64,000 nucleotides of DNA from Octopus vulgaris (GCA_951406725.2 OX597836.1:29760001-29824000); one strand, 5' to 3'. Counted from the first letter of the stretch, positions 1 to 11,819 are shown. Notes: generated by a model from the letters alone, not told the origin. Made by a program: numbers and translations.

Positions 1-412
1 GGTCTCCAACTGACCCTACTATACTGTGTAGGTGACAAAATTAAAAGTAAACAATGAGCATGCATGAAATTTAAAATATAGAATAGTGACAATTACCCAT
101 TACACTGTAAGTCGAACCAGGGGCAGCTGATGAAGGGGAATATTCCTTGTATTGTTTGTCTTATACTCTGTTTTTTCGTTGTTAAAAAAAAGTCCGTTTC
201 CTTGTTTGTTTTTATGTTTTCATTTCTCGTTGTGTTCTACGTTTATTTGTGGTGTCCTGTACTCTTATATATATATATATATGCATGTATATATACATAT
301 AGATGTAGGTATGTACATATATGTATGTATGAATGCATATGTTTTATTTGTTAAATTGTTATTATATGATTGAACGCCTCGCGTCACTTTCTTATTTCTC
401 CAAGTAAGTTTT

Positions 413-462
<50 letters not shown>

Positions 463-812
463 AATGGCTTGGTTTTTCTATCAAATGTGTGTTACTCTCA
501 CCAAAATTTTGAAAATTAAAATTAAGAAATTGTTCTGAGTCACTTTTATGTACTAGTACCAACAGGACCCCTACACTTGAGACAGTTGTCATTTTTCTCA
601 AAGAGGAACTCAAGTTTTCTACCTTGATGGAAGTCAGGTGTACTGTGAAGTTTCATTCAGAATAAACCCAATAATTTTGGTTCATCATGATGAAATTGAA
701 GAAATGCTTAAGCCTCATTTTGCAAGAGTTGGAAAATCTGATGGATGGACTGATATGTTACCAAAATCATCATTTTTTCAGGGCAGTTTAGGGGTAAACT
801 TGTTTGATGAAA

Positions 813-1061
813 TTAACCATTTTACTGCAGAAATCAGATATATCCTATCAAAATTTCATTACCCTTAACTGCAGAAAGCAGTTTTATTCATCAATCTATC
901 TTTTGTTGAGGAATGTCATGCTTGAAACTAAATTCTGTTGAGTTGTGTCAAGTTAATTGAGGTAACACAACTTGCAGAAAATACCAATTTTATTTTTTGG
1001 TAGGTATTTAACATCATTACTGGAATAACCGAGAAATTTAATTTCACAACGAACAGGTTAA
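813..1061. mobile_element. TTAA-flanked piggyBac-like MITE, family 1 (diverged copy)
   Basis: TTAA-CC...GG-TTAA ends; aligns along its length with 1268-1519. Confidence 0.6.
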
Positions 1062-1135
1062 AGGTCCTTAACCTGTGATCAAATACATTCCAACCATGAC
1101 TATCATACTTTTTTCCAGACACACAGAATGTGTTC

Positions 1136-1174
1136 GCCCGCATAGCTCAGTCGGTAGAGCATCAGACTTTTAAT
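1136..1174 (+). pseudogene. tRNA-Lys(UUU) 5' half (positions 1-39), fused to a retroposon tail
   Basis: GCCCGCATAGCTCAGTCGGTAGAGCATCAGACTTTTAAT matches metazoan tRNA-Lys-TTT nt 1-39 with one substitution; no T-arm or 3' acceptor strand. Confidence 0.85.
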
Positions 1175-1238
1175 GGCAGTGCCCCAGCATGGCCACAGCT
1201 CGTGAGCTGAAACTAGATAAAATAAAAAAAAAAAAAAA
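1175..1238 (+). mobile_element. SINE/LINE 3' tail with poly(A)
   Basis: GGCAGTGCCCCAGCATGGCCACAG...CTGAAAC resembles the 3' tail of SINE family A (e.g. 13633-13680); followed by an A-run. Confidence 0.7.
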
Positions 1239-1267
1239 TTCAGGACCACATTATCCAATGTCTCCTA

Positions 1268-1519
1268 TTAACCCCTTTACAGCTGAAAACAGATATATCC
1301 ACTCAAAAATTCATTACCCTTAACTGCAGAAAGCAGTTTTATATCCCAATCTATCTTTTGTTGAAAAATGTCATGTTTGAAACAAAATTTTTTGCTGCGA
1401 TATGTCATGGTTATTGAGGCAAGGGAACTTGCAGAAAATACCAATTCTATTTTTTGGAAGATATTTGACATCATTTACTGGAATAACCCTGAAATTTAAT
1501 TTTACTGTTGAAGGGTTAA
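1268..1519. mobile_element. TTAA-flanked piggyBac-like MITE, family 1
   Basis: TTAACCC...GGGTTAA termini; second copy at 813-1061. Confidence 0.65.
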
Positions 1520-1841
1520 AAAGTATGAATCTGATATGTCATCATATAAAAAGGGTTCCTGATTATTATGGTGACACTGACTGTAACAATAAAAATTAAA
1601 GTAAAAATAGCAGCAAATATATTAAATGTTAATCTTTAATTTACTGTTTCCTCCTTATAAATACTACACGTTTTTACGGATTAGTCAGAAGAAGGAAGGC
1701 AGCACCAATGAGCATTTCAGGGCCTCTATGACTGATGGGGAGAGGGAATTATCTATGTGGCCTAAATACTTACAACAGAATGGATTCCAAGGGTCATTTT
1801 GATGCTGTTAAATTGGGCAATGGGTTAAGTCTAGTTCCTAT

Positions 1842-2248
1842 ACTCTTTTACTCTTTTATTTGTTTCAGTCATTTGACTGCGGCCATGCTTGAGCACCGCC
1901 TTTAGTCGAGCAAATCGACCCCGGGACTTATTCTTTGTAAGCCCAGTACTTATTCTATCGGGCTCTTTTGCCGAACCGCTAAGTGACGAGGACGTAAACA
2001 CACCGGCATCGGTTGTCAAGCAATGCTAGGGGGACAAACACAGACACACAAACACACACACACATACATATATATATACATATATACATATATACGACAG
2101 GCTTCTTTCAGTTTCTGTCTACCAAATCCACTCACAAGGCATTGGTCGGCCCGGGGCTATAGCAGAAGACACTTGCCCAAGATGCCACGCAGTGGGACTG
2201 AACCCGGGACCATGTTGCTGGTTAGCAAGCTTACCACACAGCCACTCT
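1842..2248 (-). mobile_element. tRNA-derived SINE family A (~400 bp, internal (TA/CA)n)
   Basis: Near-identical to copies at 9468, 13301, 15648, 19275, 45388 and 57344; A/B-box head and GTAAAAGA-repeat tail. Confidence 0.9.
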
Positions 2249-3766
2249 TAGTCTTTTTCACCATAGCTTGTTGAACAAAAGTTTTACTACAAAAGTTGCT
2301 TGTTATAAAAAAAAATAATAATAATAAATTATCATTCTAATATATTTTAAAACAACACATTTGAATTTCAATAACAAATTATATGTTACATCTTCAAAGA
2401 GAAGCGAGGTATAAAAGCATTCAAGAGAAGAGCAGGAATAAATCCATTGAAATCTCAAAAGCATTGGCTAAATAGAAACAATCTTCTGACATAATTGTGA
2501 TCCAGTTCTTGTAGATATACTTTAACAATATCACTGTGTATACCAGCAACAACAGTGTCACACATGAGCTGTTGTTTGTGATTCAGTATAGAAATAAGTT
2601 TGCATTCACATTTCTTAGCAAATAATTTGAGTCTTTCAGAGTAATCATTAGCTGTCTCATCTGATATCTGTTTAAAATGTCAGTAATTGGTGCCTTTCAC
2701 AAAAAGAACTTATGTAGGTCAAGCTAAAGAGGAACGGGGGGGGGCTCTATCTTACCATTCAACTTGCTAGAAATAGTAGCTAAACCTCCCTTAAATCATA
2801 CGTACTACCAAATTAAAAACATGAAAGATACAGTAGATGATGTAATCAAATAATTCTGAAAACAACCGAAAATTTGGAAAGATTTACAAAATAGCTATTT
2901 TTTTTATTATTAAACTGGAGTTTGGAACATCACTGAATGAAAAGTTCTTACATAAGATAATGATGGACGGTATTAATTTAAGAATGGGAGGTTTTAATTT
3001 AAGAACACTTGAAAATAGTGCCTATTTTGTTTTCCAATAAATTTCAATTCCATTTTCTCATAAATACAAAAGGGAAAGTGAAAGTTCCGAGCAACAAATA
3101 ACAGCGTAGATACCTATGTAATGAAAAACTATGAGTAAACATAGTTTTAAAGGTTACATGATGAAGGACACTTGAAATGGAGTATTAATTGTGCCTTAAA
3201 ATGCTGAAAGATTACAATGCTACTAAAATTGGATTATCAAGATATAAATTTATGTGACTGAAAAACCAATTTTTATACAGTTTGTCTGTTGGTTATACGA
3301 TTGCCTGCAGAAATCTAAAAGTTAATAAATCAGCTTGATCATAAACGCAACTATGATGCATCCAACTCTGATTGCTTTGTTTGGAAATGCAGAAGAAATT
3401 AACTTAATTCTATGAAGCCAAATCAAAACACAGAATATAAGGGTTGGTATTTTACAAACATTTATTGAATAACATGCGAAAAAACCTTCAGTTAGTTAGC
3501 TATTTGAGTGTTGGACTGAGTCTTAAAGGATAAACTAGTTAATCTATTTATCTTTGCAAGGCAGATTAATAATGTTGGTAATATTGATCAATTTTCTCTT
3601 CATATTTCAATCATCTAAAGATGCTTTCAAATATGATTATTGGTCCCGTTTCACTAAGTGCTGGAAAGGCTTTTATAATAGGTTGCTGTCACAGATATGG
3701 TTGCCAATTGACTTGTTCATGATCAGTGTAATATAGTCAATTTTGATTTAAGTTTGTGCGTATGAG

Positions 3767-4074
3767 TGGAGGCACAATGGCCCAGTGATTAGGGCAGCAG
3801 ACTCGTGGTCGGAGGATTGTGGTTTCGATTCCCAGACCGGGCGTTGTGTGTGTTTATTGAGCGAAAATACCTAAAAGCTCCACGAGGCTCTGGCAGGGGG
3901 TGGGTGGCGACCCCTGTTGTACTCTTTCACCACAACTTTCTCTCACTCTCTCTCTTCCTGTTTCTTGAGTAACGCTGCGATGGACTGGCGTCCCGTCCAG
4001 CTGGGGGGAACACATACGCCACGGAAACCGGGCCCATGAGCCTGGCTAGGGTTGAAAAGGGCGACGTTTTTTTT
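3767..4074 (+). mobile_element. tRNA-derived SINE family C with V-domain-like body
   Basis: tRNA-like head (TGGCCCAGTGATTAG; GGTTTCGATTCCC); GCGATGGACTGGCGTCCCGTCCAG core; 14-bp TSD TTTGTGCGTATGAG. Confidence 0.85.
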
Positions 4075-4257
4075 TTTGTGCGTATGAGGCAAAAATCATT
4101 GATTAATTTTAGAAGTATCAGAAAAATAGGTAAAGTCAAGACTAATTGGTAAGCTCGGCTGTTGTGAAGACTGAACAGGTTTTGGGAACATAAACCGACA
4201 CAGTTCCTTAAGCAGTGTTGGGGGACAGACACAAACACAAAGATACGCACACACAGA

Positions 4258-4475
4258 CTCTTACACTTTTACTTGTTTCAGTCATTTGACTGTGGCCATG
4301 CTGGAGCATCGCCTTTAGTTGAGCAAATCGACCCCAGGGTTTATTCTTTTTAAGCCTAGTACTTATTCTATCGGTCTCTTTTGCTGAACCGCTAAGTTAC
4401 GGGGGACGTAAACACACCAGCATCGGTTGTCAAGCGATGTTGGGGGGACAAACACAGACACACAAACATATACGT
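4258..4475 (-). mobile_element. SINE family A, 3' half
   Basis: Matches the family A tail and body up to the microsatellite. Confidence 0.8.
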
Positions 4476-4480
4476 TTGTT

Positions 4481-4713
4481 ATTTCTTTATTGCCCACAAG
4501 GGGCTAAACATAGAGGGGATAAACAAAGACAGACAAAGAGATTAAGTCGATTACATCGACCCCAGTGCGTAACTGGTACTTAAGTTATTGACCCCGAAAG
4601 GATGAAAGGCAAAATCGACCTCGGCGGAATTTGAACTCAGAACGTAACGGCAGACGAAATACCACTAAGCATTTTGCCCAGCGTGCTAACGTTTCTGCCA
4701 GTTCGCCACCTTA
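4481..4713 (-). mobile_element. tRNA-derived SINE family B monomer
   Basis: Matches copies at 11091, 16634 and 44311 (GGCGAGCTGGCAGAAACGTTAG head, GAGTTCAAATTCC B-box). Confidence 0.85.
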
Positions 4714-4754
4714 AGTTTTACATCTATTTGTACACACAAGACACATCGTATATA

Positions 4755-4985
4755 AGTGTGTGTGGGTGTATGTCTTTGTGGTTGTGTTGTGTTTGTCTAC
4801 CACCATTGCTTGGAAACCAGTGTTGGTTTGTTCATATTTCCGTAACTTAACAGTTTGGCAAAAGTGACCAGTAAAATAAGCACCAAAAATAAAATAAGTA
4901 TGAAGTCAATTTGTTTGACTAAAACCTTGAAGGCAATGCCCCAGCATGGCCACAGTCCCATGACTGAAACAAGAAAAAGATAAAG
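4755..4985 (+). mobile_element. Diverged SINE family A, 3' half
   Basis: Degenerate match ending CCCCAGCATGGCCACAG...TGACTGAAACAAG. Confidence 0.65.
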
Positions 4986-5259
4986 GACATCAGATACATC
5001 TATATTCTATGAAAATTATTATTCTTTTAACCTTATCTTATGTAAAAAATAAGAAATTACTTCCGTGGTCTTTAGAACTTTACCATGGACCACCAAAACT
5101 TTGGAATGGGTCAATGGTGGTCCATGGTAAAGTTCCACACTGTGTGTATCACTACCAGAGAGTGAAGAAGATCCATAAGTTTTTTTTTTTATTACTGCCC
5201 ACCACAACAGAATTGAGATCCTAAAACCAAGGTTCCTTGTAAAAAGCTTTGGTGTACTT

Positions 5260-5572
5260 GTGCCATGTAAAAAGCACTGGTGCTGGTGCCACATAAAAGA
5301 CACTGGCAATGGTACCACATAAAAGACACTGGCAATGGTACCACATAAAAGACACTGGCAATGGTACCACATAGAGAGTACCCAGTGCACTCTGTAAAGT
5401 GGTTTGTGTTAGAAACACTTCTACAGCTGTAGAAACCAAGCCAAAACAGATTATGGAACCTGGCGCAGCTCCTGGTCTTGCCAGTTTGTGTCAAGCCATC
5501 CAACCATGCCATCACAAAGAATGGACATCAAATGATGATTATGATGATGATGATGATGATAACGGTGATGAT
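5260..5572 (+). mobile_element. RTE-tail element with a 26-bp tandem repeat (x3)
   Basis: AAAGACACTGGCAATGGTACCACATA x3, then the shared RTE 3' end and (GAT)n tail as at 55220-55408. Confidence 0.7.
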
Positions 5573-6159
5573 AATTTGATCTCCAGTGTTCCACAAACTC
5601 AAACAGAACGAAAACCATCAATATATAAAAGATTCTTCCTCATTGGCCCACTGGCTGGGCAAAGGTGATTACATATACAGCGTGTTTAAATTAGTTATCT
5701 AGCACTATCTGACTGTTAATAACGCTATACAGATAGCAATTGAGTAAAAGAATGAAAAGAAAGAAAAAACAAAAACAAAACAAATGTTATACAAGCCACT
5801 GTTTTAACATATAAAGGGTAATCAAAACAAAAAACAAAAAAACAAAAAGGACAGCTGCTGGCTCAGTTAAACCGTGTCAAGAGTTCCTTCTGTGCTCCGA
5901 TTTGTCACAACTGTCAGTGCTGTGACTTGAACTGTAAAATAATTTCGGTGGAGGTCAAGGTTATTTTCAAAGATAATAATAGATCTGACTAATTACATCA
6001 TTAATGAAAGCTGAAGCATTATAATACTGACCTATCATACCAACTTAACAGAATTGGGTGTTGTTTTTAACTAGAGTTATTCACAAGACTGAATAACTGA
6101 ATAGAGCCAAAAGACTCACAAAGAATTTTTTTTTTTAAATAAAAAAAATAAAAATAAAT

Positions 6160-6470
6160 TCATGGCTGTGTGGTTAGCAGTTTGTTTCCCAACCACACGG
6201 TTCTTGGTTTAGTCCCACCGTGTGGTAACTTCGCATGTGTCTTCTGCTACAGCCTCAGACCAACCAAAGCCTTGTCAGTGGTTTTTGTAGACAGAAACTG
6301 AAAAAAATCAATCGTATATATATGTATGTAAGTGTATGTGTGTGTCTTTGTCTCTGTGTTTCTCCCTCATCACTGCTTCACAACTGCTGTTCCTTTATAT
6401 ACATCCCCATAACTTACTGGTTTCACAAGAAGAAACTGATAGAATAAGTACCAGGCTTATCAAAATAAAA
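6160..6470 (+). mobile_element. Diverged SINE family A
   Basis: GGCTGTGTGGTTAG head through GATAGAATAAGTACCAGGCTT. Confidence 0.7.
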
Positions 6471-6659
6471 AAAAAACACTCAGCAGTGTCTCATATTTTT
6501 GTTTACCCACTCAGTTGTACCTATCAATTTATCTTTTTTTTGTGTGTGTATATATATAATACACACACACACACACATACATGTATGTATATGTGCACAT
6601 TCCTATCTATTATATCAAAGTCAATGTCTTTATGTGTGTTTGTGTGTTACTTATACATT

Positions 6660-7250
6660 CGAAAACTGCTGCACCGATCCTAATGAAATTTGGAACACAA
6701 AATCCAAGCCTAGGGAGAAGGGTAATGCTGTGTTTCATACAATTTCATGGACCAAAATTACTGAATGGATTCTTATGATATTTGGAACTTAGATTCAATG
6801 CATAAGGGCGGGTATAATGGAATATGTTTGGTTTGAATTTCAGATAGCTTAAAGGGGGCAGAACCCCCATGAAAATTCATAAATTTTCAATGTTGATGAA
6901 ATTTCAACCATAGGTAATTGACACACATCAAGAAGTATTCTCAAAGTTTCAACTTCTCATGAGGATTCTATGACACCCTAATGGGGACCTTAACTCCCAA
7001 ATTTTAGTCATTTCTTTTATGATCCAAAACTAGATCAAAAGTACTGAATGGATCTTTACGAAATTTGGAAATTATATTCTATGCATAAGGGCCATAACCC
7101 CCATGACAATTCATATATTTTTGCTGTTGATGAAATTTTAACCATAGATATTAGACACAAATGAAGTAATATTTATAAAATTTCCTATTCTTAGAAGTTA
7201 GAAAGACCCCTTCATGGGAACTTAACTTTCACAATTTAGTCATTTTATCT
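6660..7250. repeat. Internally duplicated element (probable non-autonomous DNA transposon)
   Basis: Block ~6750-7020 is repeated at ~7040-7250 (CTGAATGGAT..GAAATTTGGAA, TTGATGAAATTT.AACCATAG). Confidence 0.45.
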
Positions 7251-8024
7251 AAGCAAAGACGAATACAGTTGTACTCTTGAAACCTAGAAACAATAATGGC
7301 TCAGAGGTGGTTCCATCCACTTCAAGACCCTAGAACTCCCAAACAAGGGCTCCACTACCAGATGCAGTTTAAAGTCATACCCAGGACACAAACAACAGCT
7401 ACAACAATAACATCAACAAAATCTTTTTGCTTATGGAAGTTCTTAATTAATTTGTTCTTAATCTCAAATCAGCCTTGATCAAACAGTTCTATTTTTGTAG
7501 GTATTAGAGCTGTGATCACCCTCTCTAATTTTATATTTTTGTGTATTTTTGACTACATAGTCCAATGAGACCTTCCTTTTTTGAAGGTGGTAGGGGTGTT
7601 ATTTGAGGAGATTTGATTACTATTTCTAATAATTCAGGTAACTACTAAGAGGTTTGTATGCTTACGTAAATAATCGATAAATAATTGTGCTACAAATTTC
7701 AGAGAAGATTTTGTTTCAGAAATAAATTTAGAAGTTTCAGATCAAACTGTGAATATTGATTTTATTTTTAAGAGTTAGTCAGTTGAATGTATAAAACATT
7801 GGTTCAAAAAAGCTCAATACTCGATCAATGTGCCAGAACTGAATATATCTGAATTCAAGAGTGGAAAATAGGGGTGTGGGTAGGGATAAAGATACTGTAG
7901 AAAATGTATGCAGATAGTAAACTTGTTGTTACTTTTAATTTTTCGCTATTTTAACAAAAATTCTTTTGTTTTTGTATAAACATTAGTCTAAGTGAAGAAG
8001 CACTTACTCACACATTTAACATTT

Positions 8025-8852
8025 TGACACAAGGCCAGCAATTTCAGGGGATAGCCAATTATATTGACCCCGGTGTTCAAATGATACTTATTTTATTGAC
8101 CTCAAAAGGATGAAAGGCAAAGTCAATCCTGGCAGAATTTGAACTCAGAACACAGAGTTGGACAAAACACTGCTAAGCATTTTTGCCTGGCAGGCTAATG
8201 ATTCTTATTTCTTTATTGCCCACAAGGGGCTTAACATAGAGGGGACAAACAAGGACAGACAAAGGGGTTAAGTTGATTACATTGACCCCAGTGCGTAACT
8301 GGTACTTAATTTATCGACCCCGAAAGAATTTGAACTCAGAACGTAACGGCAGACGAAATACCTATTTCTTTACTACCCACAAGGGGCTAAACACACAGGG
8401 GACAAACAAGGACAGACAAACGGATTAAGTCAATTACATCGACCCCAGTGTGTAACTGGTACTTAATTTATCGACCCTGAAAGGATGAAAGGCAAAGTCG
8501 ACCTCGGCAGAATTTGAACTTAGAACGTAACGGCAGACGAAATACTGATAAGCATTTCGCCCAGCATGCTAACGATTCTGTCAGCTCGCCACTAATGATT
8601 CTGCCAGCTTGCTGCCTTAATTCTCATATTTAATATTGGTTTCAAATTTTGTCACAAGGCCTGCAATTTGAGGGAAGGGGTAAGTTGATTACATCAACCC
8701 CCAGTGCTCAACTGGTACTTACTCTATCGACCCCGAGAGGATAAGAGGCAAAGTGGATTTCAGCAGAATTTGAACTTAGAATGTAAAAATGGACAAAATA
8801 CAGCTAAGCATTTTGCCCAGTATGCTAACGATTCCACCAGCTTGCCACTTTA
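8025..8852 (-). mobile_element. Cluster of nested and tandem SINE family B copies
   Basis: Several repeats of GACCCC..GGTACTT..GGATGAAAGGCAAAGTC..GAATTTGAACTCAGAAC. Confidence 0.85.
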
Positions 8853-8945
8853 ACTCACATATTTATTATTACAAACACAATAACTTTAATTAATCAAGGC
8901 TACCCCTGTTTTGAAGAAAGGTAAATGTTAGTGGACAATGCTTGA

Positions 8946-9175
8946 TTAACCCTTTCGTTACTGTATTTATTTTGAGATGCTCTGTGTTTCTTTCAATTAT
9001 TTTAAATATAACAAAGAATTTAGTAAAAATAATTTAGTTATAATTAAGCTAGTGTTAGGAAAATAAAATGTGACTAAGATTTGGTGGAAGATTTTAATGA
9101 AAAACTTATGAAAACAAGACATTTGTACTACAGAGCCAGAGCCGATTTTGGCCGGGTTGGTAACAAAAGGGTTAA
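8946..9175. mobile_element. TTAA-flanked piggyBac-like MITE, family 2
   Basis: TTAA|CCCTTTCGTTAC...GTAACAAAAGGG|TTAA; near-identical to 38084-38311. Confidence 0.85.
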
Positions 9176-9467
9176 ACCAAACAAAAGCAAGGACAGCAAC
9201 TAAAAAAAAATACCTTTTATCTTCAAGATTTTTAATGACCACCAGTAAAAACAAACAATTCTTGTTTCCAACTTTTATTTGGAAAAAGTAGAATCATTGT
9301 ATTTTTGCAGCATACAAGTCAATGTAACATACAGTGTAAATATGCAGTGTATATGTTCTAACATTGTCTCTATCTTTCCAAATCTTGCTGCATTTCACAT
9401 GGACATTTTGGTCCTCCAAAGTTATCTTGATATATAAGTCAGCCTGTCTTTTTTTTTTTTTTTTTGG

Positions 9468-9853
9468 CTCTTTTACTCTTTTACTTGTTTCAGTCACATG
9501 ACTGTAGCCATGCTGGAACACCACCTTTAGTCGAGCAAATCGAACCCAGGACTTATTCTTTGTAAGCCTAGTACTTATTCTATCGGTCTCTTAAGCCAAA
9601 CCGCTAAGTTACGTGGACGTAAACACACCACCATCGGTTGTCAAGCGATGTTGGGGGGACAAACACAGACACACAAACATACATATATACGACGGGCTTC
9701 TTTCAGTTTCCGTCTACCAAATCCACTCACAAGGCTTTGGTCGGCCCGAGGCTATAGTAGAAGACACTTGCCCAAGGTGCCATGCAGTGGGACTAAACCT
9801 GGAACCATGTGATTGGTAAGCAAGCTACTTACCACACAGCCACTCCTACGCCT
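9468..9853 (-). mobile_element. SINE family A, full length
   Basis: Full match to the family consensus seen in this window. Confidence 0.9.
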
Positions 9854-10167
9854 AAATTTTGATTTGTAAAGTTCAACTTGTATGCCTGGAAATATGGTAA
9901 GTTCATATATGAGACAGAGGGATGCAATTTGAAAGAGATTTAGCTGAAATTTCTAACAGGTCTAGCAACTATGTAGAGGTTTCTTTCATTGGTTCATACA
10001 TACACACATTATTTTCCAGCATACAAGTTAATGTAGTATATAGTGTAAACTTGTAGTGTAAATACTCAAACATTGCCACTATCTTTCCAAATGCACCAGA
10101 CTCCAATCTTTCCAAATGCTGCTGCATTTCACATTTTTGGTCCTCCAAAGTCTTCTTGGTGTATAAA

Positions 10168-10332
10168 TCATCATCATCGTTTAACATCCGCTTTCCATGC
10201 TAGCATGGGTTGGACGATTTGACTGAGGACTGGCGAACCAGATAGCTGCACCAGACTCCAATCTTGATCTGGCAGAGTTTCTACAGCTGGATGCCCTTCC
10301 TAATGCCAACCACTCCAAGAGTGTAGTGGGTT
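10168..10332 (-). mobile_element. RTE-tail fragment
   Basis: (CAT)n-CGTTTAACATCCGCTTTCCATGCTAGCATGGGTTGGAC...GGATGCCCTTCCTAA is the reverse complement of the RTE 3' end. Confidence 0.8.
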
Positions 10333-10619
10333 GGTTACAGCACTTTACATTCTAAGTTCAAATCCCACCTTGGTACCTTTATTAGAGTCTGCTCAATTGC
10401 AAGAATTGTTTCGCTATATTAAATAATTCCTTTTAGTGTAGTTTTATTTTGCCTTTTTTGTTTTTTGTTTTCAAATTAGTATTTTCACTGTGATAGCATA
10501 TTCTTTAGCAACCTTTTTCTGGTTAACATACAACAGGTGACATTTTGGTATCATTGTGTTGCCATGTGTGTTGTTTTGGCCAATCAGATACATGTAATTT
10601 GTGGACCATGTTTAAATAT

Positions 10620-10960
10620 TTAACCCACATGTTATCATATTTCTGCTGAAATACATTGCCTTTGTTGTTTCAGTTAATTTTAGAAATAACGAAGAATTTA
10701 ATAAAATAACTATACCATTATTAAGATGGCTTTTGAAATATTAATTAACCCTTTTGTTATCAAATCTCTGTTGAAATACACTGCCTTTGTTTCAATTAGT
10801 TTGAAAAATAATGAAGTATTTAGTGAACTAATTTTGTCATTATTAAGCTGGTGTTTAGAACATAAATTAACATTAAATTTTTATGGAGAAGTTTCATATA
10901 GGTCACTTTAAAAAGCAGGAAGTTTGTAACATAGAACCAGGAATAGTCTCAGAGGGGTTG
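10620..10960. mobile_element. Degenerate MITE family 2-related copies
   Basis: Two TTAACCC starts; similarity to 8946-9175 (AACGAAGAATTTA, ATTAAGCTGGTGTT). Confidence 0.45.
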
Positions 10961-11090
10961 ATATCGGAAAAATTAACTCGATATTTTAAGGGGAAGTTTC
11001 AATTTAGATCACTAAACAATATTTGTGTCATACAACCAAGGGTGTCTCGGGTGGGTTGTTATCAAAAGAGTATAAAAAATTCATGATTGT

Positions 11091-11288
11091 CGGCGAGCTG
11101 GCAGAAACGTTAGCACACCAGGCGAAATGCTTTGCAGTATTTCGTCTGCCGCTACGTTCTGAGTTCAAATTCCGCCGAGGTCGACTTTGCCTTTTATCCT
11201 TTCAGGGTCGATAAATTAAGTACCAGTTACGCACTGGGGTCAATATAATTGACTTAATCCGTTTGTCTGCCCTTGTTTGTCCCCTCTG
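11091..11288 (+). mobile_element. SINE family B
   Basis: Head and body match family B. Confidence 0.85.
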
Positions 11289-11439
11289 CATAAGTATTGA
11301 CAGTGCTTTGGTAAAATCTCTTGGCGACCATCTTGCACAAACTTTATGGAAGCAAAGCTTGCCATGGATAATTTCATATGCAGAACCATGATTAATTTAC
11401 AGAGAACTTTTAGAGGATGAAAGACACTGGTATCTGAAC

Positions 11440-11815
11440 ACTTGAAAGGAGCTCAGCAACGTTTCCTCTGTGAGGCCTAATGCTCGAAAGGTGCTTTTTA
11501 CATGCCAGTAATGTGACCCCAGCATTAGCAACAACTATGATTCCATTTGGCTTAATGGGTTCCCTCAAGCACAGCATATCACCAAAGGTCCTGGTCACTA
11601 GTCATTGCCTCCGTGAGGTCCAAAGTTCAAAGATCATGCTTCACCACCTAGTCCCATATCTTCCTGGGTCTACATCTACCACAGGTTCCCTCCACAGTTA
11701 GAGATAGGCACTGCTGTCCTCGTCCATGTGCATCACATGACCATACCAGCACATTCGTCTCTCTTGCACACCACATTCGTCTCTCTTGCACACCACATCT
11801 GATGCCTCTTATGCC
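11440..11815 (-). mobile_element. RTE LINE 3' fragment
   Basis: Reverse complement resembles 54815-55060 (RCGVQER..WYGHV, GRPRK.WD motifs); internal 22-bp tandem duplication. Confidence 0.75.
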
Positions 11816-11819
11816 TAAC

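Noticed and set aside
104-410. CTGATGA motif (127-133) suggesting a hammerhead ribozyme or Penelope-like end
   Set aside because: No stem II followed by GAAA and no cleavage triplet could be placed; may be a repeat end but is unsupported
3230-3320. Possible minus-strand acceptors and terminal exons (here and ~5850-5940)
   Set aside because: Short frames with no recognisable protein and no partner exons
3767-3845. Functional tRNA genes in SINE heads
   Set aside because: Heads continue into SINE bodies with TSDs; no complete tRNA gene was found in the window
5290-5372. Regular 26-bp repeats resembling a CRISPR array
   Set aside because: No unique spacers, eukaryotic context, part of an RTE-tail element
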